Shown here: positions 20,354 to 29,307 of the stretch, piece after piece | Position numbering within the stretch: the first letter of the stretch is position 1 | Layout of the letters: the number at the start of each line of letters is the position of its first letter | NCBI GenBank assembly: GCA_965247775.1 | Contig: OZ252031.1 | Span: 552,125-616,124, forward strand | Source of the DNA: Dehalococcoidia bacterium | Lineage (GTDB): Bacteria; Chloroflexota; Dehalococcoidia; Bin125 | DNA length: 64,000 bases | Direction: 5' to 3' | Notes under the pieces: model-generated | The model's database searches: none | What the model was told of the DNA's origin: nothing | Seen by the model: only the letters and a program-made list of their open reading frames with translations | Position numbers and translations under genes: made by a program

Positions 20354-20758
20354 CGAGCGCGGGCCGACCCGCCCACGGCGGGACCAACTTGCACGATCGA
20401 TCGGCCTGCAAATCTCGTCCCCGCCGGTAGCCTGCCTCCGATCATCGTCCCAGGCGTCAAGTTCGGCCAAATCCCATGCCAGCGGAGCATCGCGAAGTTG
20501 CACTGGGATCAGTCTCGCTGTCGTTCCGCGCTAGAGCGAGCGCGACGCGCAGGCGGGCCGGGCGATTGTCTGCGACTCATCACTGGGAGACACGGATCCC
20601 GATGTTCGTGGAGTGATGGCCGAGCCCGCTGCTTTCGACAAGAATCCGAGCCGGACGCACGCCCGCGGACTCGATGGGACCAACCTTAGCCCCAGCCCAA
20701 TTCCGTGAGGCGTGGGCGTCGCTCGACACCGAATCTATGTCTGGGGCAAACTCACTGT

Positions 20759-20834
20759 GGGCCCTTAGCTCAGCTGGCAGAGCAGCGGACTTTTAATCCG
20801 AAGGTCCAGGGTTCGAATCCCTGAGGGCCCACCA
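20759..20834 (+). tRNA. tRNA-Lys (anticodon UUU), CCA encoded
   Basis: Hand-folded cloverleaf: acceptor stem GGGCCCT/AGGGCCC, D arm GCTC-AGCTGGCA-GAGC, anticodon loop CTTTTAA, T arm CAGGG-TTCGAAT-CCCTG, and a 3' ACCA. Confidence 0.9.
20790..20834 (+). repeat. att core copy 1 (3' 45 nt of tRNA-Lys)
   Basis: Identical over 45/45 nt to 51730..51774. Confidence 0.85.
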
Positions 20835-20972
20835 CCACGCTTCTTAATAGGACCACCGCGAATCCGGCTCGAATCCGGGCCTGGCGCTGCGGACTGCACC
20901 GGTTCGGCTCCGGCTCGCGCTTGACTTCGTCCCCCACCCGAGCGTCCATGGACGGGCGGAACGGGGGCGATC

Positions 20973-21954
20973 ATGGGCGCCGAGATGGTGCGCTATCCGG
21001 ACGACGGCATGGGCCTGGCTGAGGCCATTGCCGCCTATCTCGCGGCCTGCGAGGTGGAGGGCAAGAGCCCGCGCACGGTCGACGCCTACGCGGAGACGCT
21101 GGGCATGTTCCACGCGATCTGCCTGCAGAAGGGATTGCCGGCGCGGGTTGCCACGTTCCGCCCGGCCCACGTGTATGCCTTCCTCAAGGTGATCGCCGAC
21201 CGCGGCGTCTCCCTCGGCACGCGCCACCGCCGCTTCCGGGAAACGCGCGCGTTCTTCTCCTGGTGCACCCGGATGGGCGGCTGCGCCGCGAGCCCGTTCA
21301 CGGGGATCCCCAACGTCAAGGTCGAGCAGAAAGTGATCCAGCCGCTCTCGGAGGAGGAGATTCAGGCGTTGCTCGACGTCTGCAACCCCGCCGAGGAGTT
21401 CGGCTGCCGCAATCGGGCGATCATCCTGCTCTTCCTCGATACCGGCATGCGCTACACGGAGCTGCACCGGCTCACCCTCGCCGACGTGTCCTGGGGAGAC
21501 CCGGCGCATCCACATCCGTCACGGCAAGGGGCGCACGCAGCGGGTGGTGCCCTTCGGGGATGGCCCGGAGGCGGCACTCCGCGCCTACATCGACCGCTTC
21601 CGTGGGGAGGATGGGGGGCCGTTGTTTCTCACGATCTCGCGCTGGGGGGAGCCGCGGCGCCCGATGAACCCATACTTGCTCGGGACGCTCTTCGCCCGGC
21701 TCGGCCAGCGGGCCGGCGTGCACGCCAACCCCCACCGCTTCCGCCACACCTTCGCCACCTGGGCGATTGAGAACCACGCCCGGGAGCTGGACGTGCAGTA
21801 CCTGCTCGGCCACTCCACCTCGGCGATGGTGCGGCGCTACGCCGCCACCTACGACGCGGCGAAGGCCGCGGACGCGCACGCGGCGTTCAGTCCCGCGGCC
21901 CGTCTGCTGGGATCCCGAGGCCCCTCAGCGAGGCGCGGCGGCTCTCCCGGTTGA
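20973..21954 (+). pseudogene. Tyrosine recombinase/integrase next to tRNA-Lys; single frameshift (or sequencing error)
   Basis: ORF 20973..21770 (core-binding domain and start of the catalytic domain) and ORF 21544..21954 (HRFRHTFATW...LLGHSTSAMVRRY) are in different frames. Reading ...LADVSW / ETRRIHIRHGKGRTQRVVPFGDG requires a 1-nt change at the G4 run 21493..21496. Confidence 0.75.
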
Positions 21955-22102
21955 CCCTCCGCTTCCCAAGCAGAGGGCCCACGGCGCCTGAGGCCAGCGC
22001 ATGGCTTTCCTATCTGGGGAGGCAGACCGCACGGAATAATGAGCCCCCACAGGGTGTCTGTGGACCACTGGCTCACAACCCGGTTGTAGAACGGAGACAC
22101 CC

Positions 22103-22360
22103 ATGACCCTGACCCCGCATCCCGACGGCAGCTCTACCTATCGCAACGACTTTCTCGATGAGATTGGGGTTTCTCACGCCAGCTACCGCTTCAGGGTTTA
22201 CCCAGCCGAGGGCGCGCCCACGTGTGATCTCAGTCTGCGCGTGATCCCGGATGCGTTCGACGAACCGGTGCAGGATATCCAGGTGACGATCTCGCCCGAA
22301 CTGCTGGATCTGATCCGGCAGCAGATCGCCGTCGCCTCGGACCAGCGCGGCGACGGTTAG
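22103..22360 (+). CDS. Hypothetical protein (85 aa)
   Basis: ORF track. It is followed 51 nt downstream by a strong hairpin. Confidence 0.45.
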   Translation: MTLTPHPDGSSTYRNDFLDEIGVSHASYRFRVYPAEGAPTCDLSLRVIPDAFDEPVQDIQVTISPELLDLIRQQIAVASDQRGDG

Positions 22361-22411
22361 CGCCGGAGATACTCGACGCACGCTGCTAGGCAGCGCGATC
22401 TGATGCAAGCA

Positions 22412-22437
22412 AGAGACCCCCGTGCCCGGGGGTCTCT
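22412..22437 (+). terminator. GC-rich hairpin, 11-bp stem with 4-nt loop
   Basis: AGAGACCCCCG-TGCC-CGGGGGTCTCT. No T-tract follows. Confidence 0.45.
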
Positions 22438-22457
22438 GTGCGTAGAGAGGAGGAGCC

Positions 22458-22514
22458 ATGGATCCGATTGATTTTCCCGAACCACCGATCCAGCCGCCCA
22501 TCATCTGGGCATAG
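22458..22514 (+). CDS. Possible 18-aa proline-rich micro-ORF
   Basis: ATG 22458 follows GAGAGGAGGAG. It encodes MDPIDFPEPPIQPPIIWA and sits between two perfect hairpins. Confidence 0.2.
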   Translation: MDPIDFPEPPIQPPIIWA

Positions 22515-22517
22515 CAA

Positions 22518-22543
22518 GAATCCCCCTCGCGCGAGGGGGATTC
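22518..22543. terminator. Perfect 12-bp palindromic hairpin between convergent small ORFs
   Basis: GAATCCCCCTCG-CG-CGAGGGGGATTC. Confidence 0.5.
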
Positions 22544-22552
22544 TACACTCCC

Positions 22553-22648
22553 CTACTTCTTCGGTTTCCGCACGCCGCCACCCTTGACGATGGCGAGCGC
22601 GACCTGGTCAGGCGTCGCTTTGATGCGGAGGTCTTTCGTCTTCGGCAT
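22553..22648 (-). CDS. Possible 31-aa basic micro-protein downstream of the peptidase gene
   Basis: Unlisted ORF MPKTKDLRIKATPDQVALAIVKGGGVRKPKK. It starts 20 nt after the peptidase stop on the same strand. Confidence 0.25.
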   Translation of the reverse strand: MPKTKDLRIKATPDQVALAIVKGGGVRKPKK

Positions 22649-22668
22649 GGGCTTACCCTAGCACCCGA

Positions 22669-23724
22669 TCATCCAGGAAGCGGGAGCGGATCGAGGGTGG
22701 GGGCCTGGAGCGCCGCGTACTCGGCCGCGACCCAAGCGGCGAAGGCGTCCCAGGCCTCTTGCATCGTCAGGTCCGCCGCCGCGAGTTCGGCGGCCAATGC
22801 CGCCGTGAAGGTGTCCTCTTGATGGCGGACGAGCCGCGCATGGACGTCCTCCCCGAGCGCGACGGCGAGCCAGTAGACGATCAGGTGCCCACCGAAGTAG
22901 ATGTCCATCGTGGTGATCGTGGGCGCGACCGTGGCGCCCGTCAGGTCCTGGGATGAACGGAAGACCACCTGATCGGGGATCTCCTCGACCACATGGCGGA
23001 GGAGCCGCTGGTAGCCCGTCGTCCGGTAGAACGCGGTCGTGTGGGCGCCGCCCTCGTACTCCGCCAGGCCCTCGGTGACCCACGCCGGCAGATAGTCCCA
23101 CGGCCGGCGCTGCGCCGTCTCTCCCACCCGGATCGTGTACTGCACGGCATGGGTGTATTCGTGCATCAGGTTCTTGGCGTGGAAGTGGCCGGCTGGCGCT
23201 TGGAGGACGCCCCAGCGGTCGGCAACGGTCCAGTGAGGCGCTGAGGGAGTGAGGTAGGGGATAAAGGCATGGCGCACTTGGTCGGTGATCGTGCCGTAGA
23301 GGGCATCGGCTTCCGAAGAGCCCCAACCGTGCATGAACTGGGTAGTACCCGTACTGGCGTTCCCGTCCGGCTGTGGGAGAAGCATCACGTTGACGTGCAT
23401 CCGGGCGCCGTCGGGGCCGCCCTGGTAGGCATCCTCGCGGTTCTCGGGGGTCGCGTCGCGGACGGTGCGCAGTTCCGGGGTGCCATATTTACGTGCCAGG
23501 GTGGTGTGCGCATAGGTCACCCATTGGGCCACCCACGGCACGTCATCCGCATAGGCCGCCGTGTAGCAGATCGAGAAGTGCTGGTAGGGCGCCTCCAGCC
23601 AGGCGATCGCCGGATCGTACGCGTCGCAGCGGTCCTGCGGTGGCGGACTGTCGGCGTGCGCACCCTCGATGCTGAGGATGAGAACAAACGCAGTCGCGAA
23701 TACCCAAGCGAGAATGCGCTGCAC
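22669..23724 (-). CDS. Secreted zinc metallopeptidase, peptidase-MA-like (HExxH ... EGLAEY)
   Basis: ORF track 22669..23793. GTG 23724 after AAGGGAG gives the signal-like VQRILAWVFATAFVLILSIEGAHA. Carries HEYTH and a downstream WVTEGLAEYE. Confidence 0.6.
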   Translation of the reverse strand: MQRILAWVFATAFVLILSIEGAHADSPPPQDRCDAYDPAIAWLEAPYQHFSICYTAAYADDVPWVAQWVTYAHTTLARKYGTPELRTVRDATPENREDAYQGGPDGARMHVNVMLLPQPDGNASTGTTQFMHGWGSSEADALYGTITDQVRHAFIPYLTPSAPHWTVADRWGVLQAPAGHFHAKNLMHEYTHAVQYTIRVGETAQRRPWDYLPAWVTEGLAEYEGGAHTTAFYRTTGYQRLLRHVVEEIPDQVVFRSSQDLTGATVAPTITTMDIYFGGHLIVYWLAVALGEDVHARLVRHQEDTFTAALAAELAAADLTMQEAWDAFAAWVAAEYAALQAPTLDPLPLPG

Positions 23725-23869
23725 AGGTGCTCCCTTGCCGCGTAAGCGGATTGATTGCTGAGACCATTCCACGGCATGGCAACAAGGGAGCATGGCTCCG
23801 CTTCATCAAACATGCCGTGGGTCTCAGCAAGGAGCACGGTACTACAGAATGGTACTATTGTGTATAACT

Positions 23870-23966
23870 ACCCCTCAGCCGTGTACCGCTTGCGTGCCAT
23901 GCCGGCTCCCCTCGTCCGGCCCGGATCCTCTCACAGGATCTGGACCAGTTCTGAGGGGGCAGGTCA
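23870..23966 (-). mobile_element. Solo left end of the IS3-family element (IRL plus first 10 codons of orfA)
   Basis: The reverse complement reads TGACCTGCCCCCTCAGAACTGGTCCAGATCCTGTGAGAGGATCC...ATGGCACGCAAGCGGTACACGGCTGAGGGGTAG. Confidence 0.75.
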
Positions 23967-24292
23967 CCCCGCGCAACGCCCGGCTGAGGCGGATCGTCGC
24001 TGAGTGGCCCGCCCTGCTCCGACGGGGTGGTCACGGAGGCGCAAGACGGGCGACATGGAAGCCTGCGGTCCGCCTGCTGGCCGCCGGCTGAGCGCGGACC
24101 GGCCCCGCAGGGTGGCATACCTCCGTAGCAACCGCGCAACTGATACCAGAGGTATCGAATGGTAAGGGGTGCTATTGGATCGGAGCCGGGAAGGTAACTT
24201 ACCAGGGGGCAGCATCCGATGCTTCCTCGGGTCGGCAGCGCGCGGCGAGCGTGGCGACGAACTCGTCGGACGGCTCGGTCAGCGTGACGGGC

Positions 24293-24622
24293 GGGGTCCG
24301 CGTCCCACTCCCCGCCGATCCGGTTCAGCGCGACGTTGAGCAGCCGGGCATCCTCAGCCGAGAGGTCGAGCAGGATCACCGGCACCGTGGGGAGCCCGCA
24401 GCGCCGGCCGGCGATCACGCGCCGGTCGGCGCGCCGCGCGAGCACGGGGTCGACGACGCCGAACGTCTCGATCGAGCGGGTCAGGGCCGACAGCTCCGCC
24501 TCCTCGATGCGGCGCGGGTTGAGCGGATCGGGGTGCAGATCATCGATCGGCAGCTGTTCCACGGTGAGGGAGGCGGCGGCGGCTCCCTTGCCGCGCCGCG
24601 CGCTGGCGGTCATCGGGCCCAT
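24293..24622 (-). pseudogene. Second, truncated ParB-like N-terminal domain copy
   Basis: LTVEQLPIDDLHPDPLNPRRIEEAELSALTRSIETFGVVDPVLARRADRRVIAG--RRCGLPTVPVILLDLSAEDARLLNVALNRIGGEWDAD parallels 25400..25792 but lacks about 7 codons. Confidence 0.6.
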
Positions 24623-24858
24623 CCCTTCCCCTGCCGGTCCCGCAGACCGCGCTGGGGATGGAGGACCCGTCGCTCGCCCATTGGGACAACGGTCGCGAGG
24701 CCCTCGGCTGCCATCTGCCGGACCAGGGCGGAGATGGTGACGCCGACCGCCGTCGCGATGCGGTCCAGCCCCGGCCGCTCGGCCGGGGTGCCGAGGCGCC
24801 ACCGCTTCGGGCGGTGCCGCCGCCCGAAGGTCTCGCCGAGAGTGAGCGCAGTCTCCAT
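24610..24858 (-). CDS. Possible small helix-turn-helix (excisionase/MerR-like) protein
   Basis: Internal ATG 24858 of ORF 24610..25245. LDRIATAVGVTISALVRQMAAEGLATVVPMGERRVL resembles HTH_17-type binding domains. Confidence 0.3.
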   Translation of the reverse strand: METALTLGETFGRRHRPKRWRLGTPAERPGLDRIATAVGVTISALVRQMAAEGLATVVPMGERRVLHPQRGLRDRQGKGWAR

Positions 24859-24931
24859 GCCGCCATCTCCAGTGCGCGCGCGTGCGTCCAGTATGGCGGT
24901 GAGAACGGGTGTTCGCATCGTAGGGAAGGGC

Positions 24932-25130
24932 TGTTCTGTGAACTCGAATACGCTGATCACCAGCTCTCCGCTCGCCTTCCGCACCTGGGCGATCGCGATC
25001 TCCTTGCTCAAGACGAATCTCCAAGGCACGTCGGGCATGAGGATCCACCGCGATCTGAAGGTCACGCAAGAGACGGCCTGGTAGCTGGCCCATCGCATCC
25101 GCGCATCGTGGGACAAGCAGCAGGCGCCGT
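24932..25130 (+). mobile_element. IS1595-family transposase N-terminal fragment
   Basis: SVNSNTLITSSPLAFRTWAIAISLLKTNLQGTSGMRIHRDLKVTQETAW(TAG)LAHRIR matches the conserved N-terminal region of IS1595/ISXO2-like transposases. There is an in-frame TAG at 25082..25084 and no catalytic domain follows. Confidence 0.5.
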
Positions 25131-25134
25131 GGGT

Positions 25135-25792
25135 CACGTTGTCGGGGGGATCGGTGACGACCAGGTCCGCGGGCGTGTCGCCCAGGCACCGCGCCAGCGC
25201 CGCCGCGTCCGTGGCGTCGCCGCGGAAGAGGCGATGGGCACCCAATTGCCAGCGCGCCGGGGGCGATCCCGCTGGCCTCGCGGTCGACCGCCGCCAGCGC
25301 CTCGTCCAGGTCGAACCGCTCCGGCCGCTCGCGCCGCTCGCGTTGGTCGAAGCGGGTGAGCAGGTCGGCCAGCGCGTCGTCGGAGAAGCCGCTCAGCGTC
25401 AGGTCGCGGTCCGCCGTCGCGCGCAGGTCGATCAGCAGGCGGGCGAGCAGGTCGGCGTCCCAGTCCCCGCCGATCTGGTTCAGGGCGACGTTGAGCAGGC
25501 GGGCATCCTCCGCGGTCAGGTCGAGCAGGATCACGGGCACCGTCGTGAGGCCGGCGCGGCGGGCGGCGACGAGCCGCTGGTGGCCGGCGATCAGGCGCTG
25601 GTCGGCACACCGCGCCAGCACGGGGTCGACGACCCCGAACGTGGCGATCGAGCGGGTCAGGGCCGCCAGCTCCGCCTCCTCGATGCGGCGCGGGTTGCCC
25701 GGATCGGGGTGCAGATCTTCGATCGGCACCTGTTCCACGGTGACGGGGGAGGTGGATGCCGCCCCGTCGGGTGTCGTCTGTACACTAGACAT
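25135..25792 (-). pseudogene. ParB-domain / DNA methyltransferase fusion, frameshifted and truncated just after the DPPxN motif
   Basis: The N-terminus has VEQVPIEDLHPDPGNPRRI...IAGHQRLVAARRAGLTTVPVILLD. LGAHRLFRGDATDAAALARCLGDTPADLVVTDPPDNV follows in another frame (ORF 24610..25245). The sequence then switches to the IS1595 fragment. Confidence 0.6.
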
Positions 25793-25819
25793 TGCACATC
25801 ATCCTCAAAAAAAGAGCCT

Positions 25820-26407
25820 TCAGGCGCTGGCCGGAAGCCGCGGGTTGGGGACGGCACGGCGCAGCAAGCCGAGCTTCTCCAATCGAATGCGCATCGCGAT
25901 CGGCGAGACGTCGAAGCGTCTCGCCAACGGCCGGCAGAACCGTTCCAGGTCCTGCTCGTCCCTCGCCAGACGGTCGGCCTCGCCGCAAGACGCGGTCCCG
26001 CGTGCGACGTCGACGCAGGGATGATCGACGGGGGTGGGCGGCTGGAGGACCCGGCGTTGCTGGTCGGGAAAGCGGTCGTTCCAGGCCGCCACGATCATCG
26101 GGCGCGGTATCAGCAGGCAGGAGGCGTAATGGTTCGCCTGCCACTCCCCTCGCCGCGTGGTCTGGGTCGGCCAGCAGATGGCCTCGGCCGCAGGCGCCGC
26201 GCCGAGGAACACGGTCTGCGGCGCGTCCCGCAGGATCCGGGGCGGATGCAGCCGCCAGTGTCCACCCTCGTGCGCCAGCGTGAAGCGGTAGCGATTCTCT
26301 TGGGAGGGATGCTCCTCGGGATCCAGGCTCTCGTCGACAAAGATACTGCCGCCCCCGTAGATCGCGCCCAGGATGGCCGTCTCGCCGCTCGCCGGCCGCG
26401 GCACGGT
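25820..26407 (-). pseudogene. ImmA/IrrE-family metallopeptidase, N-terminus cut off by an IS insertion
   Basis: RFTLAHEGGHWRLH (HExxH) plus ANHYASCLLIP and FDVSPIAMRIRLEKLGLL. The first 36 codons of ORF 25820..26515 are the antisense of the IS left end. Confidence 0.6.
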
Positions 26408-27639
26408 TGACCTGCCCCCCCAGAGCCGGACCAGATCCTGTGAGAGGATTCGGGGCGGTGCGAAGGGAGTCGGCATGGCACGCAAGCGGTACGCGGCCGA
26501 GGAGATCATCGGCAAGCTGCGGGAAGCGGAGGTGGCGCTCGCGCAGGTCGCCCGCCGCCGCGGTGTGGCCGAACCGCCGTACTCCCGCTGGCGGCGCGAG
26601 TACGGCGGGCTGCGGGTCGATCAGGCCAAACGCCTGAAGGCGCTGGAGCGCGAGAACAGCCGGTTGAAGCGCCTGGTGGCCGATCAGGCGCTGGACAATG
26701 CGATGTTGCGGGACGTCGCGGCGGGAAACTTCTGCGCCCGGCCAAGCGGCGCCGGGCGACGTCCTACCTCACGGACCAGTACGCGGTGTCGGAGCGGCGA
26801 GCTTGCCAGGTCACCGGGCAGGCGCGGGCCACGCAGCGCGACGTGCCCCGGCCGTCCCCGGATGCGCCGGCGCTGATCGTGCGCATCGTCGCCCTCGCCA
26901 CGCGCTTCGGCCGCTACGGCTCCCGTCGCATCACGGCCCTGCTGCGCGCGGAGGGCTGGCGCGTGAACCACAAGCGGGTGGAGCGCCTGTGGCGCCAGGA
27001 GGGCCTGCGGGTGCCGGCGAAACAGCCGAAGCGCGGCCGCCTCTGGTTGGCCGACGGCTCGCTGGTCCGGCGGCGGGCCGAGCGCCCCCACCACGTCGGG
27101 TCCTACGACTTCGTCTTCGACCGCACCGCCGATGGGCGCCCGGTGCGGATCCTCGCCATCGTGGATGAGTACACGCGCGAGTGCCTGAGTCTCGACGTGG
27201 CCCGCCGGCTGCGTAGCGACGATGTCCTGGCGCGGCGGGCTCAGCTCTTCGTCGAGCGTGGGCCGCCGGCGTACCTGCGGTCCGACAACGGCCCGGAGTT
27301 CACGGCCACGGCGGTGCGCGACTGGCTGACGCGGGTCGGCGTGACCACCCTCTTCATCGAGCCCGGCAGTCCCTGGGAGAACGGCTCTGTGGAATCTTGC
27401 AACGGCACGCTGCGCGACGAGTGCCTCAACCGCGAACGCTTCGACACCCTGCTGGAGGCCCAGGTCCTCATCGAAGGCTGGCGGCGGGAGTACAACCAAA
27501 TCCGGCCCCACAGTGCGCTCGGCTACCGTCCACCCGCCCCGGAAACGCAGGAGATCCGATCTCCCCTCCCCACCCTCCGGGCAGCCCGGAGCGTCCCAGC
27601 CCTAACTTAACCACTGGTACAACGATCGGGGGCAGGTCA
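26408..27639 (+). mobile_element. IS3-family insertion sequence, copy A (1232 bp)
   Basis: Left end TGACCTGCCCCCCCAGAGCCGG at 26408, right end ...GGTACAACGATCGGGGGCAGGTCA at 27639. It has orfA/orfB organisation. Confidence 0.85.
26475..27610 (+). CDS. IS3-family transposase OrfAB (needs a -1 frameshift at GGGAAAC 26723..26729); the OrfA HTH region looks damaged
   Basis: OrfA reads MARKRYAAEEIIGKLREAEVALAQ...RWRREYGGLRVDQAKRLKALERENSRLKRLVADQALDN. OrfB has the DDE/rve motifs SYDFVFDRT, SDNGPEFTA, PGSPWENG and YNQIRPHSALGY. Confidence 0.75.
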
Positions 27640-27643
27640 CACG

Positions 27644-28892
27644 TGACCTGCCCCCTCAGAACTGGTCCAGATCCTGTGAGAGGATCCGGGCCGGACGAGG
27701 GGAGCCGGCATGGCACGCAAGCGGGACCCGGCGGAGGAGATCATCGGCCCCCTGAGGGAGGCGGAGGTGGCCCTGGCGCAGGGGCAGCCGGTGGGGGCGG
27801 TGGTGCGGACGCTCGGGATCAGCGAGCCGACGGATGACCGCGGGCGCCGGGAGTACGGCGGGCTGCGGGTGGATCAGGCCAAACGGCTGCAGGGGCTCGC
27901 GCGGGAGAACAGCCGGCGCAAGCGGCTGGTGGCCGACCAGGCGTTGGACAACGCGATGGTGCGGGACGTCGCAGCGGGAAACTTCTGCGCCCGGCCACGC
28001 GGCACCGGGCGACGTCCTCCCGCACCAACCCGTCCCCCGTGTCGGAGCGACGGGCCTGCCAGGTCACCGCCCAGGCGCGGGCACCGCCGCGCTCCGTGCG
28101 CCAGCCGTCGACGGATGCGCCGGCGCGGATCGCGCGCATCGTCGCCCTCGCCACGCGCTGCGGGCGCGACGGCGACCGCCGCATCACCGCCGTACTGCGC
28201 CAAGAAGGCGGGCGCGTCAATCACACGCGGGTGGAACGACGCTGGCGCCCAGCGGGGCGACGGGTGCCGGCGAAACACCCCACGCGGGGCCGTCTCTGGC
28301 GGGCGGACGGCGCGCGGATGCGGCGACGGGCGGAGCGCCCCCACCATGTCTGGTCCGACGCCGTCGTCTGCGACCGGACCGCAGACGGGCGGCCCCTCCG
28401 GTTGCTGGCCAGCGTGGACGCGTACACGCGGGAGTGCCGCAGCCGCGACGTCGTCCGGCGGCGGCGCAGCGACGACGTCCTGGCCCGCCGCGCCCCGCGC
28501 TTCGTCGCGCGGGGCCCACCGACCGACCTCCGCTCCGACAACGGCCCAGCGTGCACCGCCACCGCGGTCCGCGACTGGCTGACGCGGGTCGGCGTGACCA
28601 CGCTCGTCATTGAACCGGGCAGCCCCTGGGAGAACGGCGATGGGGAATCCTTCACCGGCACGCTGCGCGACGCGTGTCTCAATCGGGAACGCTTCGACAC
28701 CCTGCTGGAAGCCCAGGTCCTCATCGCGGGCTGGCGGCGGGAGTCCAACCAGATCCGTCCCCACAGCGCCCTCGGTTACCGCCCCCCCGCCCCGGAAACG
28801 CTGGAGATCCAACCTCCCCACCCCGCCGACTGGGCAGACCGGCGGGTCCCGGCACTCACTTAACGACTGGTACAACGATCGGGGGCAGGTCA
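27644..28892 (+). mobile_element. IS3-family insertion sequence, copy B (1249 bp), directly abutting copy A
   Basis: Left end TGACCTGCCCCCTCAGAACTGG at 27644, right end GGTACAACGATCGGGGGCAGGTCA ending at 28892. It is separated from copy A by CACG only. Confidence 0.85.
27710..28863 (+). pseudogene. Degenerate transposase OrfAB of copy B
   Basis: Same architecture, with GGGAAAC at 27976..27982. Conserved residues are replaced: YGRYG to CGRDG, WSYDFV to WSDAVV, PEFTA to PACTA. Confidence 0.6.
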
Positions 28893-29307
28893 GGCCGAGC
28901 CATCGCGCCAGACCTCATGTTCCTGCCAGCTGAGCTGTCCGGTTGGGGCCTGGCTCCGCAGCAGCGAGATCGACGTGCCGGCCGCTCACCCGACTGCGGG
29001 ATAGTGGGTGCCTCCACGGTGTCTGCATCGATGGACGGCACTGGAGGGCGTCGCTGGTGGCTCTAGAGCTGGCAGCCGGGCCCCTCCGCTCTGAGCCGGA
29101 AGAACGACCCCGGGGTTTCGTCACTAGCAAGGGCGGATTGCAGCAGGGGGGATGATCGTCGCTCCCGTGGTCTTGACCGCGGTTAGGGCCTGCGCCGTGG
29201 CGCCGCTCTCGCCGTTAGGATGCGGGACGCGGACCTGCCCGCCGGCGCAGGACATGGGGATCGGGAGATGCCGGCGACAGCGGGATGGCCCGGATCGGAG
29301 GTTCTGC

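Noticed and set aside
23855-25792. 645-aa ORF as a single gene
   Set aside because: The middle third is pure Arg/Pro/Gly/His shadow sequence. The ORF reads through two separate ParB-domain fragments, the antisense of an IS1595 stub and an IS end.
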